Assembly: GCA_028826165.1 (NCBI GenBank)
Contig: JAPDFW010000113.1
Span: 120,062 to 184,061, forward strand
DNA: 64,000 nt
Source of the DNA: Anaeramoeba ignava BMAN
Taxonomy: Eukaryota; Protista; Anaeramoebae
Direction: 5' to 3'
A model generated the notes under the pieces. That model did no database searches and was not told the DNA's origin. It saw nothing but the letters and a program-made list of their open reading frames with translations. The translations under genes were made by a program, and so were the position numbers. Every line of letters starts with the position of its first letter. Position 1 is the first letter of the stretch. Below, piece after piece: positions 1-13,600 of this stretch.

Positions 1-1597
1 TTCAATATTTAATATTCAATTTAATTTCCAATATTCAATATTCAATAATATTCGATTCAATTTAATTCAATATTCAATTCAATATTCAATTTAATATTCA
101 ATTCAATATTCAATTCAATTCAATTCAATTCAATTCAATTCAAATTTAATTTTTTTAATTCATTCAATTTAATTCAATTCAATTCAATATTCAATTCAAT
201 ATTTTAATTTAATTTATTTTAATTTTAATATTCAATTTAATATTTTAATATTTAAATTCAAATTCAATATTTTATTCAATTCAATTTTCAATTCAATTTA
301 ATTTAATTCAATTCAATATTTCATTCAATATTTCAATTCAATTTAATTCAATATTCAATTTTTAATTTCAATTCAATTCAATTTAATTTAATTTAATTCA
401 ATATTCAATTCAATATTCGAATTTCAATATTCAATTCAATTATTCAATTCAATTCAATTTCAATTCATTTCAATATTTAATATTTTTATTCAATATTCAT
501 TATTTAATATTCAATTTCAATTCAATATTTCAATTTAATTCAATATTCAATTCAATTTTATTCAACCAATATTCAATTCAATATTCAATTTAATTCAATT
601 CAATATTCAATTTAATTCAATTTAATATTTAATTCAATATTTATTCAATATTTAATTCAATATTCAATTCAATTCATTTCAATATTCAATTCAATTCAAA
701 TTTAATTTAATTTTAATTTAATTTAATTCAATATTTTCAATATTTAATTCAATATTCAATTTAATTCCAATATTTAATTCGATATTTAATTTAATAATTT
801 AATTCAATTCAATATTCAAATATTCAATATTTAATTCAATTTTAATTCAATTCAATTCAATTTAATTTTTTTAATTTAATTTAATTCAATTCAATTTAAT
901 ATTTTAATTTAATATGATTAATATTCACCCAATATTCAATTCAATAATTTATTTAATTCAATTTATTCAAATTTTCAATTCAATATTTAATATTCAAATA
1001 TAATTCAATATTCAATTTAATTTTAATTCAATTCAATTTCAATATTTAATATTTTAATTATTTATTCAATATTTCAATTTAATTTTCAATATTCAATTTA
1101 ATTCAATTTAATATTTCAATTTTCAATTTAATTTCAATATTCAACCAATATTCAATTCAATTCAATATTTAATTTAATTCAATATTCAATTCAATATTCA
1201 ATTCAATATTCAATTTAATTCAATTCAATTCATTCAATTCAATATTCAATTTTAATTCAATTCAATTCAATTTATTAATTCAATATTCAATTCAATATTC
1301 AATTTAAATTCAATATTTAATTCAATTCAATTTAATTCAATTTAATATTCAATATTCAATATTCAATTCAATATTCAATTTAATATTTAATATTTAATTT
1401 AATTCAATATTCAATTCAATATTCAATTCAATATTCAATATTTAATTCAATATTCAATTCAATATTCAATTTAATTCAATTTAATTTAATTCAATATTCA
1501 ATTCAATATTTAATTCAATTTAATTTAATTCAATTCAATTTAATTTAATATTCAATATTTAATTTAATTTAATTCAATTCAATATTCAATATTTAAT
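1..1597 (+). repeat. Degenerate (ATTCA/ATATTCA/ATTTA)n microsatellite filling an intron of the downstream coiled-coil gene
   Basis: Continuous 5-7-nt repeat with no AG until the TGTAG acceptor at 1598-1602. Confidence 0.9.
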
Positions 1598-1602
1598 TGT
1601 AG

Positions 1603-3921
1603 ATCCAAAAAATTGCAGAAAAACTTTCACCTACAAATAAAAGTTTACCAAACCCACGATTATTTCCATTAAAAGTTAAAAGACTCTCAAGAACAAAATC
1701 ATTCAACACATCATTCGTATTAAGTTCACAAGCAAATTTAATCAATCCAAAAATACGCGATATTTCAAAACAATTAGAAAGTCAATATGAAGAAAAAATA
1801 CTTGAATTAAAAAAAATGATGAATGCATATGAAAACGAGAAACAGATGCTGAAAGAGCAAATGAAATCAGAAGAGAAAATCCAGAAGAAACAAATCAACG
1901 CGGAAGAGATGAAGGAAATTAACAGCAAAAAAGCAGAAATTAGCGAACTAAAAATTGAAAATCAGCATATTCGGCAGGAAATTCTCAAAAAACAAGAGGA
2001 AATTGATAAGGAAAACCAAGAGTATCAACGCCGTAAAACGGAGCTTGAACAAACGCACAAGGAAAGAGAGGATGAGCTGCTTTCAATCAAACAATCACAT
2101 GATAACGAATTGGAAAATATGCAAAAACAATTTGAAATAAGAAAACAAGAACTCGTTATGGAGCAACAAATGCTTGAGAACTTGGTTGCCCAGCTCGAAA
2201 AGGAACTGAACCAAGAAGAAAAACAATCGGAACAAATCAAGAAAAAGCAAATATTGAAGCAAACTTTCCAACAAAAAGAACAGCAAAAGAAAAAACTTGA
2301 ACAAGAAATTCAACAGCAAAACGAACGCAATCGTGCATTTGATTCCAAGAACAAAGAAGATCAGGAGAAACTGGAACGATTGCGCCGCAACAAGGAGATA
2401 CAAGAAATATCGCTGAAAAATATAAAAAAACAATATGAAGAATTAACTGTCGAAATTAATCAAATCAAAGAATCAAATCAGATAAAAATGCAGCAGTTGA
2501 ACAACAAGATTGAAGACAAGGAAAACGAGCTCAGAGTTCTTGTCTTCATTTCTGGAAATCCCGAACTTGGCGGTTATGAGAAAATTCCAGAAAACCACAA
2601 ACAAGAAAAATCATACTTTTTGCAAATGTCGCAAACAATAGAAAATTTAGAGTCGCAGATCAACAAACTCGATGAGAAGAAGGTGGACAATGCAGAACTG
2701 CAGAAACAACTGGATGAGATTACGCAGAAAACAAATCACTACCGCAAACATGAAAACGAGCAAGAGCTTAATCTTAAAAATATGAATGATCAAATTCAAC
2801 AAGATTTGGATCAATTATCAAATCACAGAAAAGATCTCCAGCAAAAAATCATGCAGAAAACAAAAACAATCAAAACCGCCGAGCGCAAAATCGAGCATCT
2901 CAGACAAAGCACTTATGGCGAAGAGCTGCGCAATAGAATGCTTAAGCAAGAAATTGAGGAAATTGAGCAACAAAAGCGCAATCTCAAAAATGAGTCTGAA
3001 TTTGAGATGAAAAATTTGAACATGAAATTGGAAAAAATAGCAGAGGAAGAAAAAGCACTCCAACAGAAAAACATTGAGTATCAAAAAAGTGTTGAAGATC
3101 TTCCGAATCAATTGTCTGAATCGCTGAAGAAATTGCGAGGATTTGTTGAGAAGGCACAAAAAGTGGAAAATTCAAAACTTTCCAAAAAACAAAAATTACA
3201 ATTTATTAAAGAAAATCAAGAAATCTTTCAGTTCTCACAAGGATATGAAAAACAGAAGCAGGAAATCAAGCAAATCACGTCTCAATACGATGATAATTCC
3301 AAGCAATTGAATATTTGTTTAGGAATGATAACACAAATCAATCAAGAAATTTCTGAACTTCAAAAACACATTTTGGAACAAAAAAAACTATTAGAAAATG
3401 AAATTGCAAGTTATAAACAGCTCAAGCGTGAATACCAGACTTTTCTTAGCCAGAATTCAATTTTTTTTGGAGATGTTTTTGAACAAACAAAATCTCATTT
3501 ACTTTCCAAATTAGATCGCAAACAGAAAAAATTACAACAGATTAAATACCAACTCAATTTGAGAAGATTTCAACGGAAATTAAAGAAAAAATATTTTTAC
3601 AGGCAAAAATTAACTGATAAACTTGATGAGATCAGAAAAAGTTCTCAAATGTCTTTACAACGTTCTGAATCGTTTCAATTTGCTCTTCGCGCAAAGGAAT
3701 TGACTAAATCTTTAAGAGAATTGACCCAAGAAAGAATTAGTGTTCAACAAAAACTTATTGCTCTTGAAGAAAAACGTGATTTTTTACTTCAATTAAAACC
3801 AATTTATAAACTTTTTTCTGCTCGTTCAGTTCAAATTGGTGTTCAAGCTCAAAAAGTTGAACAAGATAAATTAATTTTTCAAAGTGAAATTGATCGATTG
3901 AATAATTTTCTTTTGTTTTGA
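1603..3921 (+). CDS. Long coiled-coil protein, terminal exon (5' exons lie outside the window)
   Basis: AG at 1601-1602 is followed by an open frame (IQKIAEKLSP...) that runs in frame into ORF 1816-3921. The protein is E/K/Q-rich and heptad-like, with no recognisable catalytic motif. Confidence 0.8.
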   Translation: MQKIAEKLSPTNKSLPNPRLFPLKVKRLSRTKSFNTSFVLSSQANLINPKIRDISKQLESQYEEKILELKKMMNAYENEKQMLKEQMKSEEKIQKKQINAEEMKEINSKKAEISELKIENQHIRQEILKKQEEIDKENQEYQRRKTELEQTHKEREDELLSIKQSHDNELENMQKQFEIRKQELVMEQQMLENLVAQLEKELNQEEKQSEQIKKKQILKQTFQQKEQQKKKLEQEIQQQNERNRAFDSKNKEDQEKLERLRRNKEIQEISLKNIKKQYEELTVEINQIKESNQIKMQQLNNKIEDKENELRVLVFISGNPELGGYEKIPENHKQEKSYFLQMSQTIENLESQINKLDEKKVDNAELQKQLDEITQKTNHYRKHENEQELNLKNMNDQIQQDLDQLSNHRKDLQQKIMQKTKTIKTAERKIEHLRQSTYGEELRNRMLKQEIEEIEQQKRNLKNESEFEMKNLNMKLEKIAEEEKALQQKNIEYQKSVEDLPNQLSESLKKLRGFVEKAQKVENSKLSKKQKLQFIKENQEIFQFSQGYEKQKQEIKQITSQYDDNSKQLNICLGMITQINQEISELQKHILEQKKLLENEIASYKQLKREYQTFLSQNSIFFGDVFEQTKSHLLSKLDRKQKKLQQIKYQLNLRRFQRKLKKKYFYRQKLTDKLDEIRKSSQMSLQRSESFQFALRAKELTKSLRELTQERISVQQKLIALEEKRDFLLQLKPIYKLFSARSVQIGVQAQKVEQDKLIFQSEIDRLNNFLLF

Positions 3922-4003
3922 TTTTTTTTTTAATCAAAAAAAAATTTATTTTATTTTCAAAATTTTCATTTTTTTTTTACATTTTTAAAAAAAAATTTAT
4001 TAT

Positions 4004-4167
4004 GGTTTTGATAAATAAAATGGAATTAAAAAAGATTTTCCAAATCAATTTTTATATTCCATTTTAATAAAATTTAATTTTAAAAAACCAAAATTAAATA
4101 ATCCGTGTCCAATAGAGAAAGAAAATGAAATAACTTTCTTTCTTTTTTATCCGCGGAGATAACAATA
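4004..4167 (+). ncRNA. Candidate box H/ACA snoRNA-like double hairpin, copy 1
   Basis: Hairpin 1: GGTTTT..AAAACC with inner AAAATGGAAT..ATTCCATTTT. Hinge contains AAATTA (ANANNA). Hairpin 2: TCCGTG..CGCGGA with inner AGAGAAAGAAA..TTTCTTTCTTT. ACA at 4162-4164. Confidence 0.4.
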
Positions 4168-7140
4168 AAATAATAAATATAAATTAAATTATAATTTAAA
4201 ATTAAATTTCTTTATTTTTTTATTTATTAAAAATTTAATTAAAAATTAAATCAATTTTATATTTATTTTTAAATATATTTTATTAATATTTTAAACATAA
4301 AATTAATAATAAAATAATAAATATAAATTAATTTATAATTTAAAATTAAATTTCTTTATTTTTTTTATTTTCAAAATTTTAATTAAAATTTAAATCAATT
4401 TTATATTTATTTTTAAGTATATTTTATTTATATTTTAAACATAAAATTAATAATAAAATAATAAATATAAATTAATTTATAATTTAAAATTAAATTTCTT
4501 TATTTTTTTATTTATTAAAAATTTAATTAAAAATTAAATCAATTTTATATTTATTTTTAAATATATTTTATTTATATTTTAAATATATAAATTAATAATA
4601 AAATAATGAATATAAATTAAATTTATAATTTCAAAATTAAATTTCTTTTATTTTTTTTATTTATTAAAAATTTAATTAAAAAATTTAAATTAATTTTTAT
4701 ATTTATTTTTAAGTATATTTTATTAATATTTTAAAACATAAAATTAATAATAAAATAATAAATATAAATTAAATTATAATTTCAAAATTAAATTTCTTTT
4801 ATTTTTTATTTATTAAAAATTTAATTAATTTAAAATTAATTTTATATTTATTTTTAAATATAATTTTATTTATATTTTAAACATAAAAATAATAATAAAA
4901 TAATAAATATAAATTAAATTATAATTTAAAATTAAATTTCTTTATTTTTTTATTTATTAAAAATTTAATTAAAAATTTAGATTAATTTTATATTTATTTT
5001 TAAATATATTTTATTTATATTTTTAAACATAAAAATAATAATAAAATAATAAATATAAATTAAATTATAATTCAAAATTAAATTTCTTTATTTTTTTATT
5101 TATTAAAAATTTAATTAAAAATTTAAATCAATTTTATATATTTTTAAATATATTTTATTTATATTTTAAACATAAAATAAATAATAAAATAATAAATATA
5201 AATTAATTTATAATTTAAAATTAAATTTCTTTATTTTTTTATTTATTAAAAATTTAATTTAAAATTTAAATCAATTTTATATTTATTTTTAAATATATTT
5301 TATTTATATTTTAAATATAAAATTAATAATAAAATAATAAATATAAATTAATTTATAATTTAAAATTAAATTTCTTTTTATTTCTTTTATTTATTAAAAA
5401 TTTAATTAAAAATTTAAATCAATTTTATATTTATTTTTAAATATATTTTATTTATATTTTAAACATAAAATTAATAATAAAATAATAAATATAAATTAAT
5501 TTATAATTTAAAAATTAAATTTCTTTATTTTTTTATTTATTAAAAATTTAATTAAAATTTAAATCAATTTTATATTTATTTTTAAATATATTTTATTTAT
5601 ATTTTAAACATAAAAATTAATAATAAAATAATAAATATAAATTAATTTATAATTTAAAATTAAATTTCTTTTATTTTTTTTATTTATTAAAAATTTAATT
5701 AAAATTTAAATCAATTTTATATTTATTTTTAAATATATTTTATTTATATTTTAAACATATAATTAATAATAAAATAATAAATATAAATTAAATTATAATT
5801 TAAAATTAAATTTCTTTATTTCTTTTATTTATTAAAAATTTAATTAAAATTTAAATCAATTTTATATTTATTTTTAAGTATATTTTATTAATATTTTAAA
5901 TATAAAATTAATAATAAAATAATAAATATAAATTAATTTATAATTTAAAATTAAATTTCTTTTATTTCTTTATTTATTAAAAATTTAATTAAAAATTTAA
6001 ATCAATTTTATATTTATTTTTAAATATATTTTATTTATATTTTAAATATAAAAATAATAATAAAATAATAAATATAAATTAATTTATAATTTCAAAATTA
6101 AATTTCTTTTATTTTTTATTTATTAAAAATTTAATTAAAATTTAAATTCAATTTTATATTTATTTTTAAGTATAATTTTATTTATATTTTAAACATAAAA
6201 ATTAATAATAAAATAATAAATATAAATTAATTTATAATTTAAAAATTAAATTTCTTTATTTTTTTATTTATTAAAAATTTAATTAAAAATTCAGATCAAT
6301 TTTATATTTATTTTTAAGTATAATTTATTTATATTTTAAATATAAAATTAATAATAAAATAATAAATATAAATTAATTTATAATTTAAAATTAAATTTCT
6401 TTATTTTTATTTATTAAAAATTTAAATTAAAAATTTAAATTAATTTTATATTTATTTTTAAGTATAATTTATTTATATTTTAAACATAAAATTAATAATA
6501 AAATAATAAATATAAATTAATTTATAATTTAAAAATTAAATTTCTTTATTTCTTTATTTATTAAAAATTTAATTAAAATTTAGATTAATTTTATATTTAT
6601 TTTTAAGTATAATTTATTTATATTTTAAACATAAAAATTAATAATAAAATAATAAATATAAATTAATTTATAATTCAAAAATTAAATTTCTTTATTTCTT
6701 TTATTTATTAAAAATTTAATTAAAATTTAGATCAATTTTATATTTATTTTTAAGTATATTTTATTTATATTTTAAACATAAAATAAATAATAAAATAATA
6801 AATATAAATTAATTTATAATTCAAAATTAAATTTCTTTATTTTTTTATTTATTAAAAATAAATAAAAATTTAAATCAATTTTATATTTATTTTTAAGTAT
6901 ATTTTATTTATATTTTAAACATAAAATAAATAATAAAATAATAAATATAAATTAAATTATAATTCAAAATTAAATTTCTTTATTTTTTTATTTATTAAAA
7001 ATTTAATTAATAATTAAATCAATTTTATATTTATTTTTAAGTATATTTTATTAATATTTTAAATATAAAATTAATAATAAAATAATAAATATAAATTAAT
7101 TTATAATTCAAAATTAAATTTCTTTATTTTTTTTATTTTC
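4165..7140. repeat. ~144-bp AT-rich tandem satellite, array 1 (~20 units)
   Basis: The motif TAATAAATATAAATT recurs at 4171, 4315, 4459 and onward (period 144). Confidence 0.95.
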
Positions 7141-7186
7141 AAAATTTTCATTTTTTTTTTTACATTTTTAAAAAAAAATTTATTAT

Positions 7187-7352
7187 GGTTTTGATAAATA
7201 AAATGGAATTAAAAAAGATTTTCTAAATCAATTTTTATATTCCATTTTAATAAAATTTAATTTTAAAAAACCAAAATTAAATAATCCGTGGTTGCGTTAG
7301 AAAAAGAAAATTAAATAACTTTCTTTCTTTTTTATACACGGAAATAACAATA
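7187..7352 (+). ncRNA. Candidate box H/ACA snoRNA-like double hairpin, copy 2
   Basis: Near-identical to 4004-4167. The lower stem TCCGTG..CACGGA is fully Watson-Crick and the internal-loop sequence differs. ACA at 7347-7349. Confidence 0.4.
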
Positions 7353-10300
7353 AAATAATAAATATAAATTAAATTATAATTCAAAATTAAATTTCTTTAT
7401 TTTTTTATTTATTAAAAATTTAATTAAAATTTAAATCAATTTTATATTTATTTTTAAGTATATTTTATTTATATTTTAAATATAAAATTAATAATAAAAT
7501 AATAAATATAAATTAAATTATAATTTAAAATTAAATTTCTTTATTTTTTTATTTATTAAAAATTTAATTAAAAATTTAATCAATTTTATATTTATTTTTA
7601 AATATATTTTATTTATATTTTAAATATAAAAATAATAATAAAATAATAAATATAAATTAAATTATAATTTAAAATTAAATTTCTTTATTTTTATTTATTA
7701 AAAATTTAATTAAAAATTAAATCAATTTTATATTTATTTTTAAATATATTTTATTTATATTTTTAAACATATAATTAATAATAAAATAATAAATATAAAT
7801 TAAATTATAATTCAAAATTAAATTTCTTTATTTTTATTTATTAAAAATTTAATTAATAATTTAAATCAATTTTATATTTATTTTTAAATATATTTTATTT
7901 ATATTTTAAATATAAAAATTAATAATAAAATAATAAATACAAATTAAATTATAATTTAAAATTAAATTTCTTTTATTTTTATTTATTAAAAATTTAATTA
8001 AAAATTTAATCAATTTTATATTTATTTTTAAATAATATTTATTAATATTTTAAACATAAAGATAATAATAAAATAATAAATATAAATTAAATTATAATTT
8101 TTAATTAAATTTCTTTATTTTTTTATTTATTAAAAATTTAATTAATAATTTAAATTAATTTTATATTTATTATTAAGTATATTTTATTTATATTTTAAAT
8201 ATAAAATAAATAATAAAATAATAAATATAAATTAATTTATAATTTAAAAATTAAATTTCTTTATTTTTTTATTTATTAAAAATTTAATTAAAAATTTAAA
8301 TCAATTTTATATTTATTTTTAAGTATATTTTATTTATATTTTAAATATAAAATAAATAATAAAATAATAAATATAAATTAAATTATAATTTAAAATTAAA
8401 TTTCTTTTATTTTTTTTATTTATTAAAAATTTAATTTAAATTTAAAATCAATTTTATATTTATTTTTTAAATATATTTTATTTATATTTTATACATAAAA
8501 TTAATAATAAAATAATAAATATAAATTAATTTATAATTTAAAATTAAATTTCTTTATTTTTATTTATTAAAAATTTAATTAAAATTAGATCAATTTTATA
8601 TTTATTTTTTAAATATAATTTATTTATATTTTAAATATAAAAATAAATAATAAAATAATAAATATAAATTAATTTATAATTTAAAATTAAATTTCTTTTT
8701 ATTTTTATTTATTAAAAATTTAATTAATAATTTAAATCAATTTTATATTTATTTTTAAATATATTTTATTTATATTTTTAAATATAAAATTAATAATAAA
8801 ATAATAAATATAAATTAAATTATAATTCAAAATTAAATTTCTTTATTTTTTTATTTTATTAAAAATTTAATTAAAAATTTAAATCAATTTTATATTTATT
8901 TTTAAGTATATTTTATTTATATTTTAAATATAAAATAAATAATAAAATAATAAATATAAATTAAATTATAATTTTAAAATTAAATTTCTTTATTTTTTAT
9001 TTATTAAAAATTTAATTAAAATTTTAAATCAATTTTATATTTATTTTTAAATATATTTTATTTATATTTTTAAATATAAAAATAATAATAAAATAATAAA
9101 TATAAATTAATTTATAATTCAATTTTAAATTTCTTTTTATTTTTTATTTATTAAAAAAATTTAATTAAAATTTAAATCAATTTTATATTTATTTTAAATA
9201 TATTTTATTTATATTTTTAAACATATAAAAATAATAATAAAATAATAAATATAAATTAATTTATAATTTAAAATTAAATTTTTCTTTATTTTTATTTATT
9301 AAAAATTTAATTAAAATTTAAATCAATTTTATATTTATTTTTAAATATATTTTATTTTATATTTTTAAACATAAAAATTAATAATAAAAATAATAAATAT
9401 AAATTAATTTATAATTCAATTTTAAATTTCTTTATTTTATTTATTTATTAAAAATTTAATTAAAATTTAAATCAATTTTATATTTATTTTTAAATATAAT
9501 TTATTTATATTTTATATATATAAATAATAATAAAAATAATAAATATAAATTAATTTATAATTCAAAATTAAATTTCTTTATTTTTATTTATTAAAAATTT
9601 AATTAAAATTTAAAATTAATTTTATATTTATTTTTAAATTATATTTTATTAATATTTTAAATATAAAAATAATAATAAAATAATAAATATAAATTAAATT
9701 ATAATTTAAAATTAAATTTCTTTATTTTTTTATTTATTAAAAATTTAATTAAAAATTTAAATCAATTTTTATATTTATTTTTAAGTATATTTTATTTATA
9801 TTTTATACATAAAAATTAATAATAAAATAATAAATATAAATTAATTTATAATTTAAAATTAAATTTCTTTATTTTTTTTATTTATTAAAAATTTAATTAA
9901 AAATTAAATTAATTTTATATTTATTTTTAAATATATTTTATTTATATTTTAAACATATAAATAATAATAAAATAATAAATATAAATTAAATTATAATTCA
10001 AAAATTAAATTTCTTTATTTTTTTATTTATTAAAAATTTAATTAAAATTTAAATCAATTTTATATTTATTTTTAAATATATTTTATTTATATTTTAAATA
10101 TAAAAATAATAATAAAATAATAAATATAAATTAATTTATAATTCAAAATTAAATTTCTTTATTTTTTTATTTATTAAAAATTTAATTAAAAAATTTAAAT
10201 CAATTTTATATTTATTTTTAAATATATTTTATTTATATTTTAAACATAAAATAAATAATAAAATAATAAATATAAATTAATTTATAATTTAAAATTAAAT

Positions 10301-10495
10301 TTCTTTATTTTTTTATTTATTAAAAATTTTAAATAAAAAATTTAAATCAATTTTATATTTATTTTTAAATATATTTTATTTATATTTTAAACATAAAATT
10401 AATAATAAAATAATAAATATAAATTAAATTATAATTCAAAATTAAATTTCTTTATTTTTTATTTATTAAAAATTAAATAAAAATTAAATCAATTT
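7350..10495. repeat. ~144-bp AT-rich tandem satellite, array 2 (~21-22 units)
   Basis: Same unit as array 1. Ends shortly before the villin 3' end. Confidence 0.95.
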
Positions 10496-10669
10496 TCTCT
10501 TCATTTTTTTATTACTTTCTTTCTGTAATCCATAAACCAATCTTCAAAGAAAAAAGAAAAAAGAAAAAAGAAAAAAGAAAAAAAATTGAGTTGAATTGAA
10601 CTGAAAAAAAAAAAAATCAAATAAGAAGAAGAAGAAGAAAAAAAAAATTAAAAAAAAAAAAAATTAAAT

Positions 10670-13600
10670 TTAGAAAAGTCCAACTTTTTTCTTCGCATTG
10701 TTTTGTTTCCATTTAGGAAGAGCTTCAAAAGCAGATTTATCCATTGCGAAAACCTTCTTAAATTCCTCATCACTCAAATAAGTTTCAAGCCTAGTTGGGT
10801 CAACACCAACGGGTAACGGTTTCTTCTTAAGAGCAGCAAGAGGGAATACTTTGATGTCATATTTCTTAAGTTCTTGTCTGACATCTTGAGGACCAGTTCC
10901 CATCATTGCAGCAAGTTTTCTTGAGTACGGATCAGTACCCATTTTTTTACGGTCCCAACCAAGGAAATGAGCAGTAAAAAGTTGTGGTTCGTGACCGGCA
11001 ACAATTCTCAAAATGGGGGTATCTGGTGAACGACCATCAGGAGCGTTTTTGATATAATCAACGGCTGTTTCCATTGCTTTTTGATGTTCATTTGGATTTG
11101 ATTCACCGCCGATCCAAATGAAGATTTCGTTGTAAGTATCAAGCAAATAGACATCGTCATTTGTCAAGTCGTCTTGCGAGAAATTGAAGACTTCTTCGAC
11201 TCTGAAGACGCCAGTTGCGTCGCTCATGTGGAACAAACGGGGATCAGCAGGGTCGTCTTGCAAATAGTCTTCATCAGCATATTTGGTTTTTCCGCCGAGT
11301 TTGTCCCAGAATTCTTGTGGTTCGCTGCCTTCGTTAACGATTTGCTGTTGACGAGATCCTTTGACAATGTCTCCGATATGTTTTCCTGTTTTCTTCTCGT
11401 CTTGGTTCGATCCTTTGCCGTACCAGACGTATTGTTTGTGTGGGATGTTGAGAATAAACACATCGCCAGAGTTTAATGATGTTGCTTTAGCTTCCACTTC
11501 AGTTCCGCGAGTGTTGATTGCATTTGTTCCTCTGACATGGAAAAGTTCAATCTTTGATTCGTCGATTTTATCTGTATCGGTTTCCTTGAGGGTTTTGAAA
11601 CCGCTTGCCTTTCCTCCGGTTCTGACAACCATTTCTCCTTTGAAAAGACTTAAGAAATGGTTTGGTTCTTTTCCTTGAACAACACGCACTTGAACAGCGC
11701 ATCCGCCCATTGAATCGTCGAGTTCTTTTGTAAGCAAAGCAGATGCTCCCTTTTCATCTTGGGTGCTATCTCTTCCCTGCCAGAAATAAATGATGTGACT
11801 CTCGCGACCGTGATCCAAATATGTGTATAAGATGATATAACTGTCGCCGCCCCAGAATTGTCCGTATGTTTTTGGATCAACATCTGCGCGCTTGAAATCT
11901 TCCACTCGCCAGATCTTAAGCTTGCCGCTTCCGTCGTCAACCATTCTTTCTTTGTATTCTTGTTTCTCGTGCATTTTGGAAACATCGATTTTGGGCTGTT
12001 CTTGTTTGACAGCAATTCTTCTTTCAGGTCCTTGTATGTCTTTTGGCATCTTAACTTTCCTCCAATCGGGGAATTTCTCAATAAACAAGGGTGTTTCTCC
12101 TCCTTCAATAACACGTGTGACTGGAGTCCAATTGGGTCGATTATTTTTGGTTAAAAATGCAACGGCGTTTTTCATTGATTCCCGTTTTTCTTGATCTGTT
12201 GAGCCTTTTCCAATCCACACAAAGATCTCAGATGTGCAATCTAAAATGAAACAATCCATTGTGTCCAACATTGCTCTTTTAAGTGGTGCGCGTGCTTCTT
12301 CAGTGATTTTGAGCTCGCCACTTTCATCGCAAACTCGGTATAAAACAATTTGAGAAAGTGCCATTTTTTCGAAGGCAAGATCATCACCGCCTTCTTCAGC
12401 AGTCTTAATTCTTCCCTTTCCGCCAAGAGCTTTCCAGAACTCATCGGGTTCTTTTCCTTGTTCGATGATTTGTGCTTTTGCTCGTCCGCCTCTTTCGTCG
12501 TCTTTGATTCTTGAAACAACTTCTAATCCTTTCATTTTTTCCATTCGATTTGCTTCTTTTCCGTTCCATTGGAAGATCTCAAGTCCGCAATCAAGAACAA
12601 AAACATCTCCTGCGTTTAATGATTGATGTGTAACTGGTACTTGTGTGCATCTTACATTTCTTCTTCCTTTTAAGTGAAGCAATCTTGTTTTGTAAACATC
12701 TCGTTCTACATGTCGGAATCCTGAATCAATTCCACCTTCTTCGTATTCAATTCCTCCTTTCCAAAGTGCGAGAAACATTTCACTTTCATGATGTTGAACT
12801 TCACGATCTATTATAAAAATTAAAAATTATAAATAAAAATATAAATTATAAATAAAATTATAAATTAAATTATAAATTAAATTATAAATAAAATTATAAA
12901 TAAAATTATAAATAAAATTATAAATAAAATTATAAATAAAATTATAAATAAAATTATAAATAAAATTATAAATAAAATTATAAATAAAATTATAAATTAA
13001 ATTATAAATAATAAATAAAATTATAAATAAAATTATAAATAAAATTATAAATAAAATTATAAATTAAATTATAAATAAAATTATAAATTAAATTATAAAT
13101 AAAATTATAAATTAAATTATAAATAAAATTATAAATAAAATTATAAAATAAAATTATAAATAAAAATTATAAATTAAAATTATAAATAAAAATATAAATA
13201 AAATTATAAATAAAATTATAAATAAAAATTATAAATAAAATTATAAAATAAAATTATAAATAAAATTATAAATAAAATTATAAATAAAATTATAAATAAA
13301 ATTATAAATAAAATTATAAATAAAATTATAAATAAAATTATAAATAAAATTATAAATAAAATTATAAATAAAATTATAAATAAAATTATAAATAAAATTA
13401 TAAATTAAAATTATAAATTAAAATTATAAATAAAATAATAAATAAAATTATAAATTAAATTATAAATAAAAATATAAATTAAAATATAAAATAAAAATTA
13501 TAAATTAAATTATAAATAAAAATATAAATAAAATTATAAATTAAATTATAAATTAAATTATAAATAAAAATATAAATAAAAATATAAATAAAAATTATAA

